DNA from: Candidatus Hydrogenedentota bacterium
Lineage (GTDB): Bacteria; Hydrogenedentota; Hydrogenedentia; Hydrogenedentales; SLHB01
DNA: 64,000 nucleotides
Direction of reading: 5' to 3'
Assembly (NCBI GenBank): GCA_045863295.1
Contig: BTWA01000018.1
Coordinates: 50,170-114,169, forward strand
Shown here: positions 10,542 to 22,040 of the stretch, piece after piece
Position numbering within the stretch: the first letter of the stretch is position 1
Layout of the letters: every line of letters starts with the position of its first letter
Translations under genes and position numbers: made by a program
The notes under the pieces: generated by a model
Database searches by the model: none
What the model saw: the letters and a program-made list of their open reading frames with translations, nothing else
Told to the model about the DNA's origin: nothing

Positions 10542-11714
10542 ATGGATTCTCATACGAGGTGCGCAAAAATCCCAGGCGCCATTTTACTGACTTCGGCATT
10601 TTTATTGGCGCTGTGTCCCGTCCGCACATCGGCCCAAACGATCGTGCCGGTGTATGTAAGTCCAATTGGCTCCTACCAGGAAGTACGCATTCCTTCCCTG
10701 GTCTGCACCCAGACCGGCACACTTTTGGCCTTTGCCGAGGGACGAGTGATACCGGGAGACCATGCGCGCAACGACATCCTTCTCCGGCGCAGCATGGACA
10801 ACGGCGCGACATGGGGATCCATCCAATACGTGCATGCAGATCCGGATCGGGTGTTTGTGAATCCCTGCTCTGTCGTGCTTCCGTCGGGCCGCGTGCTGCT
10901 GATGTACCAGTCCTTTCCTCACGGCCTTCACGCGCGAAAAATTGGCGATTCGGTGAAGCTGCTTTCGCCGGGTCTGGAGGGCGATCGCATCAGCCGCACC
11001 TTGTTACAATGGAGTGACGACGATGGCGTTACTTGGTCCACTCCGCGCGATATTACTGCGCAGACCAAGCGGCCCGCACCCATTATTTCCACGGCCAGCG
11101 GTCCGGGCATTGGCATTGTGATCGCACGCGGTCCGCACAAGGGTCGCGTCGTGATCCCCACGAACGAAGGCTGGTGGGAAACGCCCGGCCGCATCTTCAA
11201 TGTCTTTGCCTGCTACAGTGACGACAACGGCGAAATGTGGCAAATCGGTGAAATTGCACCGCGTAGCGAAGGCGTCATGGGGGATGAAGTGCAAATCGTC
11301 GAGTGTTCGGATGGCGCACTGCTGCTCAACTCGCGTGCCAGCTTTGGATCCCACCGGCTGTCGGCGCGAAGCACGGATGGCGGAGAGAACTGGTCGCCTC
11401 TGCGCGTGGAATCTTCCCTGCCGGAACCACGCTGCATGGGGTCCATCTTCCGCTACAGTTGGCCGGAGGATGGAAAGAGCCGAATATTATTCGCCAATCC
11501 CGGGAACGAGATATCGCGCACTAAGGGAACCGTTCGCGTAAGCTACGACGAAGGCAAAACCTGGCCGGTCTCTAAAGTGGTTTTCGAAGGCGATTTCGCG
11601 TATTCCTGTCTTGCCCGCCTGACCGACCACAGCATCGGCCTTCTCTACGAAACGAACGATCACAGCCGCATCGAGTTCATGAGATTCACACTCGAATGGC
11701 TGGAAGGTTCTTGA
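10542..11714 (+). CDS. Secreted exo-alpha-sialidase (GH33/BNR repeat)
   Basis: RIP motif (VRIPSL), AFAEGR, several Asp-boxes (SMDNGATW, SDDDGVTW, SDDNGEMW, STDGGENW, SYDEGKTW), AYSCL, LLYE. Start moved downstream of the tRNA. Confidence 0.88.
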   Translation: MDSHTRCAKIPGAILLTSAFLLALCPVRTSAQTIVPVYVSPIGSYQEVRIPSLVCTQTGTLLAFAEGRVIPGDHARNDILLRRSMDNGATWGSIQYVHADPDRVFVNPCSVVLPSGRVLLMYQSFPHGLHARKIGDSVKLLSPGLEGDRISRTLLQWSDDDGVTWSTPRDITAQTKRPAPIISTASGPGIGIVIARGPHKGRVVIPTNEGWWETPGRIFNVFACYSDDNGEMWQIGEIAPRSEGVMGDEVQIVECSDGALLLNSRASFGSHRLSARSTDGGENWSPLRVESSLPEPRCMGSIFRYSWPEDGKSRILFANPGNEISRTKGTVRVSYDEGKTWPVSKVVFEGDFAYSCLARLTDHSIGLLYETNDHSRIEFMRFTLEWLEGS

Positions 11715-11777
11715 CGGCCGGATTTTCATCCACAATACAATCAGGCTAGGCAGTGCCGATCTTAAGCATTGTGCGCG

Positions 11778-13314
<1,537 letters not shown>

Positions 13315-13318
<4 letters not shown>

Positions 13319-13698
13319 GATTGCACTCCTAGCGTCGTCTGTAAGATCTCGCTAATCTTTTCAGGTGTAAATGGCTTTCGTAGATATGCAATGACTCCCA
13401 GATCCTCAACCTCGTTCATCCGCGAAGCGCTGCCCTCCGTGGACACCACAATCACCGGAATCTCTTTTAACACGGGATCCGACTTCAGTTTGCCTATCAT
13501 GGCTATACCATCCATTTCCGGCATATGAATGTCCGTGATGATGAGATCCACCCATTGCGTAGCCAGCACATCCAGTGCCTCGCGGCCATTTGCCGCATGA
13601 AGCACGCTGCCTATAGCGATTCCCGCGTGTCCCAGCGTACGGGCAATTACCGCCCGCACCGTGGCCGAGTCATCCACGATCAGAATATTGAGAGACAT
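13315..13698 (-). CDS. cheY: CheY-like single-domain response regulator
   Basis: VDDS, TDIHMPEMDG, ST, YLRKPF. Confidence 0.9.
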
Positions 13699-13748
13699 GA
13701 AGCGTAGCTCCTATGAATCCGACCGCATTACAGTTTGCGGCCATCCAA

Positions 13749-14252
13749 CTAAATCTCCGTTTCGTCTTTCGCAACTCGCACAGTCGTAACCCCCGAATCC
13801 ATGTACAGTGTCATGGTTCTGGCCACTGTGCCGCCCACATCCTGGCCGCCGATCAAAACGTTGTTCTTCCACAAGACCTTGTGTAGCACCGTGAAATTGC
13901 GTTCGCCAATCTGAAACATACCCCCGGCATTTAACGGGGCGGCACCTCCGGCGACCTTGGCAACCAACCGCTGTTTGCTGGCCCCCGCATTCAGCACGGC
14001 TTGAATCAGTGCAGCCACACCGGTATCCGTAAACATGTATGGGTTGGATGCTGCTTTGTCCTTGTCGATTCGCGACAACGGCAGCATGGCATGAAGCATG
14101 CCCCCTACCCCCACGGCTGGATCGTACAAGGTTAGACCCACACAAGATCCCAGCGAATACGTGATGAGAATGTCATCCGCACAGTCGGACACAACCATGT
14201 CGGAAATTCCGACCACACGATTGGCTCGCCGGGCCGCTTTAAGCTCAATCAC
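13749..14252 (-). CDS. cheD: Chemoreceptor glutamine deamidase CheD
   Basis: LGSCVGLTLYD, HAMLP, KVAGGA, IGERN, DVGG. Confidence 0.95.
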   Translation of the reverse strand: MIELKAARRANRVVGISDMVVSDCADDILITYSLGSCVGLTLYDPAVGVGGMLHAMLPLSRIDKDKAASNPYMFTDTGVAALIQAVLNAGASKQRLVAKVAGGAAPLNAGGMFQIGERNFTVLHKVLWKNNVLIGGQDVGGTVARTMTLYMDSGVTTVRVAKDETEI

Positions 14253-14257
14253 TTTGT

Positions 14258-15058
14258 TTAATCCTTTACGTACACCGCTGGGCGTACCGACCGTAGTCCG
14301 TGTGACAACCCGGCAAGACTCTCCGCATGCCCCACCATTAAATAGCCTCCTGGGCGCAACAATCGTTCAAACTCACCGATGAGTTTCCCCCTTACTGCAT
14401 TGTCAAAGTAAATCATGACGTTTCGGCAAAAGATTACGTCAAAGGGCCCACGCATGGGATACGGCGGTTGAGCCAGGTTTAAGCGTTTGAACAACACCAT
14501 TCCCTTAACCGCCGGACAAATCTCAAAGTCATCTCCGTCCCGTGCCGGCGGCGCCGAGCAGTATTTGGTGAATCGAGACGGAATCTCTACAATCTTCTTC
14601 GCGGGAAATTTCGCGGATACCGCAAACCGCAAAACCTTCGTAGAGATATCCGTAGCCAGTACGCGCATCTCGGCCGGAGTTCCGATGAGCGTATCCGCCA
14701 TGGTCATCGCTATCGAATAGGGCTCTTCGCCCGTGCTGCTTGCGGCCGACCACACTCTGAATTTTTGTTGGCCCAGACGTACCCACCGCAGCAGCAATTC
14801 CCGCAGCAAGTCAAAATGTTGGGGTTCCCGGAAGAAACTGGTGACGTTCGTCGAAATGGCATCGAGTAGTTCGACCAGTTCGGTGGCGCGCCCTTCGTTT
14901 GAAACGAAGGCCAAATAGGCCTCTTCCGTGGCAATCCCGAGTGCGCGCATCCGCTTGCCGATACGTGAAGAAATAAGCGCGTCCTTATTGTCGCCGAGCT
15001 GGATGCCGCACGACTCATAGATCAGATTCTGAAACCCGCGCATAGTGCTAGATTTCAC
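14258..15058 (-). CDS. cheR: Chemotaxis methyltransferase CheR
   Basis: TNVTSFFRE, WSAASSTGEEPYSIAM, FCRNVMIYFD, GHAESL. Confidence 0.96.
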   Translation of the reverse strand: MKSSTMRGFQNLIYESCGIQLGDNKDALISSRIGKRMRALGIATEEAYLAFVSNEGRATELVELLDAISTNVTSFFREPQHFDLLRELLLRWVRLGQQKFRVWSAASSTGEEPYSIAMTMADTLIGTPAEMRVLATDISTKVLRFAVSAKFPAKKIVEIPSRFTKYCSAPPARDGDDFEICPAVKGMVLFKRLNLAQPPYPMRGPFDVIFCRNVMIYFDNAVRGKLIGEFERLLRPGGYLMVGHAESLAGLSHGLRSVRPAVYVKD

Positions 15059-15079
15059 CGGTCTTATCCTCGTGCTCGA

Positions 15080-15448
15080 CTAGGCCGGCACGCGTTTGAG
15101 CGTCGCGTTGATCTTCTCGATGATGACTTCGGGAGTGAAAGGCTTGATTACATAGTTGTTCGCGCCGGACTTGATAGCCTCAACCACGCGCCCCTTTTCC
15201 GCCTCCGTGGTTACCATGATGATGGGCATGGACTTACCCATACCGCGAATGGCGCGCACGGCGTCAATCCCGCTCATGTTGGGCATGTTCCAATCCATCA
15301 ACACCAAGTCCACCTCCGCGGACTTGCTGCATTCGACGGCCTCCACGCCGTCGCTGGCTTGTACTACTTCCTTGATCCCGGCGCGGTCGAGCGCGCCGAT
15401 AAGCACTTTCCGCATCACTGCGGAATCGTCGACAACCAATACTTTCAT
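15080..15448 (-). CDS. cheY: CheY response regulator
   Basis: VDDS, DWNMPNMSG, MVTTE, YVIKPF. Confidence 0.93.
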   Translation of the reverse strand: MKVLVVDDSAVMRKVLIGALDRAGIKEVVQASDGVEAVECSKSAEVDLVLMDWNMPNMSGIDAVRAIRGMGKSMPIIMVTTEAEKGRVVEAIKSGANNYVIKPFTPEVIIEKINATLKRVPA

Positions 15449-15939
15449 ATCAATGCTCCAGCCGTCTCGCGTTCCATGGCCAAAGTAACGCGAAGACTAA
15501 AGGGCCCCAATTCGCACTCGAAAGGAATCTCCAGCCACGTGGTCTTTCCAGGATAATCCACCTTGAAACTCGCACCGTGAACGACGCTCGGTAATCCCAG
15601 CGATATAGGTTCCATGTCGCCTTCCGAAATAGTCGCCTTCGCTTGACCCGCGATCATGTTGACAAACTCCGCGACTCCGTCGCAGATGGTGGAATCCACT
15701 TCCGTGATCTCCATGCAAAGCCATTTATTGACGATTGCCAACGCCGTGGAAACCGGTAGTTGAAGCGCTACCGTTCCCTTGGCAGCGCCGCTCAACCCGA
15801 TCAGCGCCACCAGATTTTCTGGATCAGGTGGCGTACTCGCGACGGCCACGCCGCGCCGTTTCGGATCCACCTGAATAATCGTGCTGAACACACTATGTAC
15901 CGCGAAAAGGAACGGGTTTATATAACGTACATCCATCAT
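15445..15939 (-). CDS. cheX: CheX phosphatase
   Basis: YINPF, IGLSGAAKG, EFVNMIAG (ExxN), LPSVVHG. Confidence 0.88.
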   Translation of the reverse strand: MMDVRYINPFLFAVHSVFSTIIQVDPKRRGVAVASTPPDPENLVALIGLSGAAKGTVALQLPVSTALAIVNKWLCMEITEVDSTICDGVAEFVNMIAGQAKATISEGDMEPISLGLPSVVHGASFKVDYPGKTTWLEIPFECELGPFSLRVTLAMERETAGALI

Positions 15940-15942
15940 GGT

Positions 15943-18381
15943 CTACTGCTCCATCGAGTGTTGCAATTCCAACGACTCATCCGCGTGCTTCACTTCCTCG
16001 GTTTCCGTAATGCGAATCAAACCCGCAACGTCCAGAATGAGGCCGACCCGACCATCCGGCATTATCGCGCCCCCTGCAATCCCAGGCACGCTTCCCAGGG
16101 CACGGCCCAGTGTTTTCACCACGGTCTGTTGCTGTCCCAGGAGTTCATCCGCCACAAGCCCAATCTGCTTGCCGTTGTCTTCAACCACGAGCACCGTGGA
16201 TTGCGTCAACTCCGGCTCCGGCGCGCGCATGTCCAAAATGCGTTTCAACCGAAACAACGGAATTAAATGTCCCTGAAGAGACAGCATCTCGCCTCTCTGG
16301 TTGAACGTCTGAATATCGCGGCCTTCGGGCCGAATTGCCCGCACAACACTCCCAATCGGAGTGATATAACGCTCATTGCCCGCCATGAGCGCCATGCCGT
16401 CTATGATGGCCAACGTCAAGGGAAGTCGAATAGAAAACGTCGTACCCCTCCCCAGCACCGACTGAATATCCACGCGCCCACGCAGTTGCGCAACGTTGCG
16501 CCGTACCACGTCCATTCCCACGCCCCGGCCGGAGACATCGGTGACCGTCTTGGCCGTCGAAAAACCCGCCTCAAAGATGAGATTCCACACTTCCGGGTCC
16601 GACATATGATCGCCGGCCCACTCAATGCCTCGCTCGTGTGCCTTGGCAAGGATGCGATCGCGATCCAGCCCGCGCCCGTCGTCCCGAATTTCAATCACGA
16701 GGTTGCCGTGACGATGAAACGCGTGAAGTTCAATCGTACCTTTGGCAGGTTTTCCGGCTTCCATCCGCTCGGCCGCAGTGTCCTCCAAGCCGTGGTCTAC
16801 GGCATTTCGGATCATGTGCACCAGGGGATCGCCAATCTGATCTACCATTGACTTGTCGATCTCCGTATCTTCCCCGCTGACCACAAATTCGACTTCTTTG
16901 CCCGTCTTTTGCGCGAGGTCACGCACCAGCCGTGTGATTTTTTGGAAAGTGGAACGAAGCGGAACCATTCTCAAAGACATGCCGGTTTGCTGAAGATCAC
17001 GCGTGATACGGTCGAGTTGGTCAAGATTGCGTAGTGCCATCGCCGAAGCGGATTTGCGAAATCCGTCCGTTTGAGTCACCATCGACTGGACAATGACCAG
17101 CTCGCCAATCATGTCTACCAGCTTGTCGAGACGCTCTGCATCAACTTTGAGCACCTCTTTCACGGAATTGCCGCCCCGCTGGGCCGCCTGTTGCCGGCGC
17201 AATCCCTGAGCTACCTCACCAGGTGACACTTTGCCGCTTTTGATAAGCACCTCGCCAAGCAATGGAGACTGAGGCGGAAGTGCCTGCTTCTGTAGAGCCG
17301 TTTCGATATCGCGTTGCGTTGCCCACTCCTGCTCCACCAGGATTTCCCCAAGCCGCTTGTCGGGCTGTTGCCGCTGCATCTCCAACGCCCGGTCCACGCG
17401 CGATCGAGTAACCACATTTGCGCGCACAAGCAACTCACCCAACTCCGTGGGCGGAAGCAATGCCGCCTGCAACTGAATCGCCTCCGCCACATCGCCATGG
17501 GTGGCTACTCCCATGTCCACAAGGATTTCACCCAGGGGGCGCCCTCGGTCCGTGGACTCGGCCTTGGTGACGACGGCCTTGTGGCAATCAGGATTCTGAA
17601 CGCATTGAATCTGCACGATCAGCTCTGGCAAATCCGGCGGTGGTACCATCAGGCCGCCCTTCAACGCCTCGCTCAAGGACCCAATAAGCCTTCTTAAGAA
17701 ATCTACGGCCCTCAATGCCACGTCCATTACAGAGGCCTGAACAGGGATTTCCCCACGCCGCACTTTGTCCAGCAGGTTTTCCGATTCATGGGCCAACGCC
17801 TGTACGGCATCCACGTGCAGCATGCCGGCGACACCCTTGATCGTATGAAACGCGCGAAAGACCGCGTCCAACGATTCCGCATCATCAGGATTTGTCTCCA
17901 GAGCCAGCAGCGCCACCTCGGCATTTTCGAGGTGTTCCATAGCCTCGGTGACAAACTCCGCCAACAAATCCACATCGCCCGTCATCGGATCGAATGGAGC
18001 CAGCAGTCTATTTTCAGGTGCTGTCACTGCACCCAAGACCGTACCCAGGGCCTCTCCGTCGAGTTGTAACAGCTTCGGAAACACTTTTGGCGAAGCAGGA
18101 GCAAAACCCTTGCTTATCGTCTGGCACTGCGCAATGGTTTGCCTTGCGGCCTCCAGTCCCGCCGCCGGATCCGCACACTCTTCCAATATGAGGGACTCAA
18201 CTAGCTTTGCACTCGCTGCCAGCGCGGACGCAATAACCGTCTCCTTGGCAGAAGCCGCGCTTGCCGAGGTCTCTAGAAAACCCGTGTGCATTTGTGCAAG
18301 GCCCGGCAAGTCAAACAGATCCGCCAGCACCGCTTGCTCGGCCAAGTTCTCCAATTGCGAATTAAAGGTTTCGGTAAACAC
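15943..18381 (-). CDS. cheA: Chemotaxis histidine kinase CheA with MshEN-like repeat insert
   Basis: Hpt FRAFHTIKG, dimerisation LDKLVDMIGELVI, HATPase HMIRNAVDHG/DDGRG/GRGVGMDVV, C-terminal CheW domain. Confidence 0.96.
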   Translation of the reverse strand: MFTETFNSQLENLAEQAVLADLFDLPGLAQMHTGFLETSASAASAKETVIASALAASAKLVESLILEECADPAAGLEAARQTIAQCQTISKGFAPASPKVFPKLLQLDGEALGTVLGAVTAPENRLLAPFDPMTGDVDLLAEFVTEAMEHLENAEVALLALETNPDDAESLDAVFRAFHTIKGVAGMLHVDAVQALAHESENLLDKVRRGEIPVQASVMDVALRAVDFLRRLIGSLSEALKGGLMVPPPDLPELIVQIQCVQNPDCHKAVVTKAESTDRGRPLGEILVDMGVATHGDVAEAIQLQAALLPPTELGELLVRANVVTRSRVDRALEMQRQQPDKRLGEILVEQEWATQRDIETALQKQALPPQSPLLGEVLIKSGKVSPGEVAQGLRRQQAAQRGGNSVKEVLKVDAERLDKLVDMIGELVIVQSMVTQTDGFRKSASAMALRNLDQLDRITRDLQQTGMSLRMVPLRSTFQKITRLVRDLAQKTGKEVEFVVSGEDTEIDKSMVDQIGDPLVHMIRNAVDHGLEDTAAERMEAGKPAKGTIELHAFHRHGNLVIEIRDDGRGLDRDRILAKAHERGIEWAGDHMSDPEVWNLIFEAGFSTAKTVTDVSGRGVGMDVVRRNVAQLRGRVDIQSVLGRGTTFSIRLPLTLAIIDGMALMAGNERYITPIGSVVRAIRPEGRDIQTFNQRGEMLSLQGHLIPLFRLKRILDMRAPEPELTQSTVLVVEDNGKQIGLVADELLGQQQTVVKTLGRALGSVPGIAGGAIMPDGRVGLILDVAGLIRITETEEVKHADESLELQHSMEQ

Positions 18382-18405
18382 GCGGGGCCACCCCTGTCTG
18401 GTTAT

Positions 18406-18431
18406 CCGGCGGGGGCCGAAGCCCCCGCCGG
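18406..18431 (-). terminator. 11-bp GC hairpin with C(UUCG)G loop between MCP and cheA (no U-tract)
   Basis: Minus strand CCGGCGGGGGC-TTCG-GCCCCCGCCGG, a perfect stem. Confidence 0.55.
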
Positions 18432-18475
18432 GTAGCCCGTTCCATCCTCTGCGGCACTAGAGTCCAACTGACGGC

Positions 18476-20629
18476 TTAGAAATCGCCGAAGTCATTGTCA
18501 TCCAGCGGGATTACTTCCTCGGGCCGGCGGCCGTTGGAAGATGCACCCGCGCCGACCAACTCCGGTTCGCGGTGTTTTGAAGGGGACGGGCGCACCGAAC
18601 GCTCGGGCTTGGCCGTCTCGTGGCTATGCGTGGGAACGACTGCGTTGTGCTGCCGTTCCAAGGGTGAATGTGTATGCCGCCGCGCAACCGGCTTCGCTGT
18701 CTTGTGCACCGCGCGTTCGCCCGACTTGCCGCCCACAATAGTGGACAAGTCTTCTACGATGCGCGCCAGCTCTTCGGATTGCGCCGACAGTTCCTCGCTG
18801 GCCGCCGCCGCCTCTTCCGAATTCGCCGCGTTGGCCTGCGTGACCGTGTTCATCTGCGCCACGGCCGAATTGATCTGATCGATTCCGCTCGATTGTTCCT
18901 TCGAAGCAGCCGACACCTCGGCTGCCAATTGCGTCACCCGGTTCACGGACTCACCGATTTGCTCCAGGATCGCGCCCACCTCGGTCGATACGGCCACGCC
19001 GTTTTCCGCACTCGACTGCGCCCCCTCTATCAAGGCTGCTGTATTCTTGGCCGCGTCCGCACTGCGCTGCGCCAGGCTGCGCACTTCTTCCGCAACAACA
19101 GCGAACCCCTTGCCTGCGTCCCCGGCGCGGGCCGCTTCCACTGCCGCGTTCAGGGCGAGCAGATTGGTCTGGAAGGCAATTTCATCGATCGTCTTAATGA
19201 TGTTCGCCGTTTGATCCGACGCCTTCTTGATGTCGACAATCGCCGTCGACATGCGCTGCATCGCTTCCCGCCCTTTCTGCGCCGCATGGCCCGCGTCCGA
19301 CGCCATCGAATTTGCCTGATTGGCATTCTCCGTATTTTGACGCGTCATGGAAGTCAACTCTTCAAGGGACGCCGACGTTTCCTCCAGGCTCGACGCCTGT
19401 TGGCTCACGCCACTTGCCAACGATTGACTTGATTGCGACACTTGGTTTGCCGCTGAGTTCACTTGTTCGGATCCCGAAGTAAGGGATTGAATTACACGAT
19501 TGATGGGCTTCGTAATGCTTCGCGTTACCACGATCCCTATGACAATGCCAAGTACCGCCGCAGTAGCAAGCCCGACTACAAGTATCCATGAGGATCGTGC
19601 AAGAAGGGCCCCGGATGCCTCTGCTATCTTGACAGTCTCGTCCATCCCCTTTTGTGACAGTTCCTGGACTTTCGAAAGCACCAACTCGCCTTTTTGTCCT
19701 CGCTCCACGGCAATGGTGTCCAGCGTTTCCGTTGCCGCGATCAACCGGGTAAGACCGTCCTTGTATTGATTGGCTGCCTCCTCGCACTGATCTATCAATT
19801 CCAAATCTTCTTTTAAGCGCGTAATCTTTCGAAGCGAGTCAAACTTCTCTTTCATGGCGGCGAAATTTTCCATGCCGTCTTTGACGATGGAAACGTCTCG
19901 TAGCGCTTGTCCCTTGAAGTTGGCCAGTCGCGTCGCGTTGCCCAGGTTGATAATCTCATTGACGGTGGATATCTTCTCCAAACGTTCTAATAGCTTTGAC
20001 GAGTCGGTAAATGATTCGTCCGCAAGAGCCGTTGCCGCCCCGGCGGCCACTTGACCGGACGCGTTCACAGGGGATTCTAACGAGGTATTTGCCGCGACAT
20101 TCGTGGTTTCTCCGCGGATTTCGCGGCCAAAAGTAGCATTCTGCCCGGAAAGAAACGCGTAGCACGCATCCATGTAGGCCTTGGCCGAACTGTCCAACTC
20201 GGCTCGTGCCGCGTCCAGTTCGGCTATGTTCTTCTCAGTATCGGTTACCAGCTTGGAGTAATCGGTTACCAGTGTCGAAATGTCGGATACCGAAGACTTC
20301 AATGCAACGAGATGCTCAGATTTCTCCGCAAGATCCTTTGCTTCCGACAGCGCCGTGTCGACTTCCTGAAGTTCTTTGCGCCCGTCTTCTAGAAATCCAA
20401 CCGTCTCCGTTAATCCATAGCCTCGAATGTTGTACATCGTGAGTAGTGCGTGCCGTTCCGTCGCCGTGGCGACCGCGACCTCAGGGATATACTCCAAGTC
20501 AAGCATCGCCGCCGATTGACTAACGGTCAACATGCTGCTCACCGCGATACCCCCGAGTACGACCGCAATGAGAATCAATCCTCCGAAACCAACACCTAGT
20601 TTCGTACTGAGTTTCATATTCTTGAACAT
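18476..20629 (-). CDS. Methyl-accepting chemotaxis protein
   Basis: Two TM segments around a long helical periplasmic domain. [23 protein letters not shown]...[11 protein letters not shown]-terminal pentapeptide DFGDF (NWETF-like tether). Confidence 0.96.
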   Translation of the reverse strand: MFKNMKLSTKLGVGFGGLILIAVVLGGIAVSSMLTVSQSAAMLDLEYIPEVAVATATERHALLTMYNIRGYGLTETVGFLEDGRKELQEVDTALSEAKDLAEKSEHLVALKSSVSDISTLVTDYSKLVTDTEKNIAELDAARAELDSSAKAYMDACYAFLSGQNATFGREIRGETTNVAANTSLESPVNASGQVAAGAATALADESFTDSSKLLERLEKISTVNEIINLGNATRLANFKGQALRDVSIVKDGMENFAAMKEKFDSLRKITRLKEDLELIDQCEEAANQYKDGLTRLIAATETLDTIAVERGQKGELVLSKVQELSQKGMDETVKIAEASGALLARSSWILVVGLATAAVLGIVIGIVVTRSITKPINRVIQSLTSGSEQVNSAANQVSQSSQSLASGVSQQASSLEETSASLEELTSMTRQNTENANQANSMASDAGHAAQKGREAMQRMSTAIVDIKKASDQTANIIKTIDEIAFQTNLLALNAAVEAARAGDAGKGFAVVAEEVRSLAQRSADAAKNTAALIEGAQSSAENGVAVSTEVGAILEQIGESVNRVTQLAAEVSAASKEQSSGIDQINSAVAQMNTVTQANAANSEEAAAASEELSAQSEELARIVEDLSTIVGGKSGERAVHKTAKPVARRHTHSPLERQHNAVVPTHSHETAKPERSVRPSPSKHREPELVGAGASSNGRRPEEVIPLDDNDFGDF

Positions 20630-20695
20630 AACAGGTGCCTTTCAGAAACTTGCGCGGTTCGCTGCGAACGTACTGCGATTGCCGCGCCCCCCGTG

Positions 20696-20711
20696 GGCAA
20701 GAAGCTTGCCA
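20696..20711 (-). promoter_or_regulatory. Putative sigma54 (-24/-12) promoter upstream of MCP
   Basis: Minus strand TGGCAAGCTTCTTGCC fits GG-N10-GC, about 66 nt before the MCP ATG. Confidence 0.6.
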
Positions 20712-20769
20712 CGTATCCCCCAAGTACCGGTGGCCGCACACCCCCGTGAACGGCTCCGAAAGCCGCGAC

Positions 20770-21291
20770 CTACGCCGCTTCCACTTTCTCCAACAGACCG
20801 GACACGGTCCCAATGCACAGAATTCTGGACACATCGAGCAACATCACGACCCGCTCCCCGATTTTCCCCATGCCGCGCAGGAGATTTGTCTCAACCCCCG
20901 CGCCCAGGTTGGGCGGTGGCTCAATGGCATCGGCGCCAATGTCCACGACTTCAGATACATCGTCGACCAACAATCCCATCGTGAATATTTCGTCTTCAAG
21001 CAGCAGTTCCGTTACGATGATGCAAGTGCGCGGCGTATCTTCAATGGCTTCCAAGCCAAATCGCTTGGAGAGATCAAGAACCGGAATGACCTTTCCACGC
21101 AAGTTGATTACGCCTCGAATGGACTCCGCCACCTTGGGAACGCGCGTGATGGGCTGTAGACCGATGATCTCCTGTACGCGTAGTATTTCCAGCCCGTACG
21201 TCTCCTTGTCGAGCATGAACGTTAGGTACTTGCCGGCAACCTGCGGAATCCCCTCATCCGTCTGGTTCGCTGTGTACACAGCCATATCCAA
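20770..21291 (-). CDS. cheW: Chemotaxis adaptor CheW
   Basis: GKYLTF, YGLEILRVQEII, GVINLRGKVIPVLDL, GLLVDDVSEV. Confidence 0.96.
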   Translation of the reverse strand: MDMAVYTANQTDEGIPQVAGKYLTFMLDKETYGLEILRVQEIIGLQPITRVPKVAESIRGVINLRGKVIPVLDLSKRFGLEAIEDTPRTCIIVTELLLEDEIFTMGLLVDDVSEVVDIGADAIEPPPNLGAGVETNLLRGMGKIGERVVMLLDVSRILCIGTVSGLLEKVEAA

Positions 21292-21317
21292 TCCCCCTTG
21301 TGTTGTGCGTGTGCCCG

Positions 21318-21797
21318 CTAGTGAGAGTGAACCTCAAAGTGCCCGTGCCGTTCCGTCTCCCACGACAGCAATGCCGTAACCCTCCGGCCACCGGCATCAA
21401 ACTGGAGACTGTCACTCAGCGTGTGTACCAGCCTCAGCCCTCGATGCCAATCTTCGTCGGGCGATGATGGCGCGGACAAATCCAATTCGGAGAAATCAAA
21501 ACCATTCCCTTCATCTTCAACCACAACTTCTATCGCGTTGTCGCCAATACGAGTTACTCGGCAGGCAATCTTCTTCTCCGGGTTGTTTTTGCTGCCATGT
21601 TCCAGTGCATTCGTAAGCAATTCACGCAGCACAATGGGAACCTTCGGCGCATTGGCCGGGTGAAGCGCGGTGGCAAACTCAAGGCACGACAGGCAAACCC
21701 CTGAAAATAGCGCGGGGTCCGCGGTAAATCGCATTGAAACAGAGGCGTTGACCGGAAATTTGCGCCCGGTGCGCGTCAAGATCGGATACGGCTGCAT
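21318..21797 (-). CDS. RsbW-like anti-sigma/HATPase_c protein
   Basis: ELLTNALEHG (N box), EDEGNGFD (G1), RGLRLV (G2-like). No His-kinase dimerisation domain. Confidence 0.8.
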   Translation of the reverse strand: MQPYPILTRTGRKFPVNASVSMRFTADPALFSGVCLSCLEFATALHPANAPKVPIVLRELLTNALEHGSKNNPEKKIACRVTRIGDNAIEVVVEDEGNGFDFSELDLSAPSSPDEDWHRGLRLVHTLSDSLQFDAGGRRVTALLSWETERHGHFEVHSH

Positions 21798-21840
21798 GGA
21801 TGAAGTCCCCGTAGTTCCCCCTCGTGAGACTCATAGGGAG

Positions 21841-21857
21841 CGCATTTGCCATGCCAA
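21841..21857 (-). promoter_or_regulatory. Putative sigma54 promoter of the che operon
   Basis: Minus strand TTGGCATGGCAAATGCG fits GG-N10-GC, about 45 nt before the first ATG. Adjacent to a sigma54 activator gene. Confidence 0.65.
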
Positions 21858-21922
21858 CGGTTGTATAACTGGCAAAGGGCGATGGGAAAAGAGGTTAGCG
21901 AACTACGGCAGAATTTCCGGGG

Positions 21923-21938
21923 TGTGAACAAACTCACA
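21923..21938. promoter_or_regulatory. Palindromic TF site TGTGA-N6-TCACA (CRP-type, also TGT-N10-ACA enhancer-type)
   Basis: TGTGAACAAACTCACA has perfect arms, extendable to GTGTGA/TCACAC. Confidence 0.6.
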
Positions 21939-22008
21939 CATGGCTGTCGCAATCGCTGCTAAGATGAAAGAGTGAAAAGACTTGCGAGCCTGTGCCTATT
22001 GTGGGGAC

Positions 22009-22024
22009 TGTGCAGATTGGCACA
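22009..22024. promoter_or_regulatory. Second palindrome TGTGC-N6-GCACA (enhancer-like site or hairpin after the activator gene)
   Basis: TGTGCAGATTGGCACA, flanked by GGGG/CCCC. Confidence 0.45.
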
Positions 22025-22040
22025 CCCCAGGTAACGCAAG

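Noticed and set aside
20630..20770. c-di-GMP riboswitch in the cheW-MCP spacer
   Set aside because: I could not find the conserved GEMM features. The region is better explained by a short hairpin plus a sigma54-type promoter.
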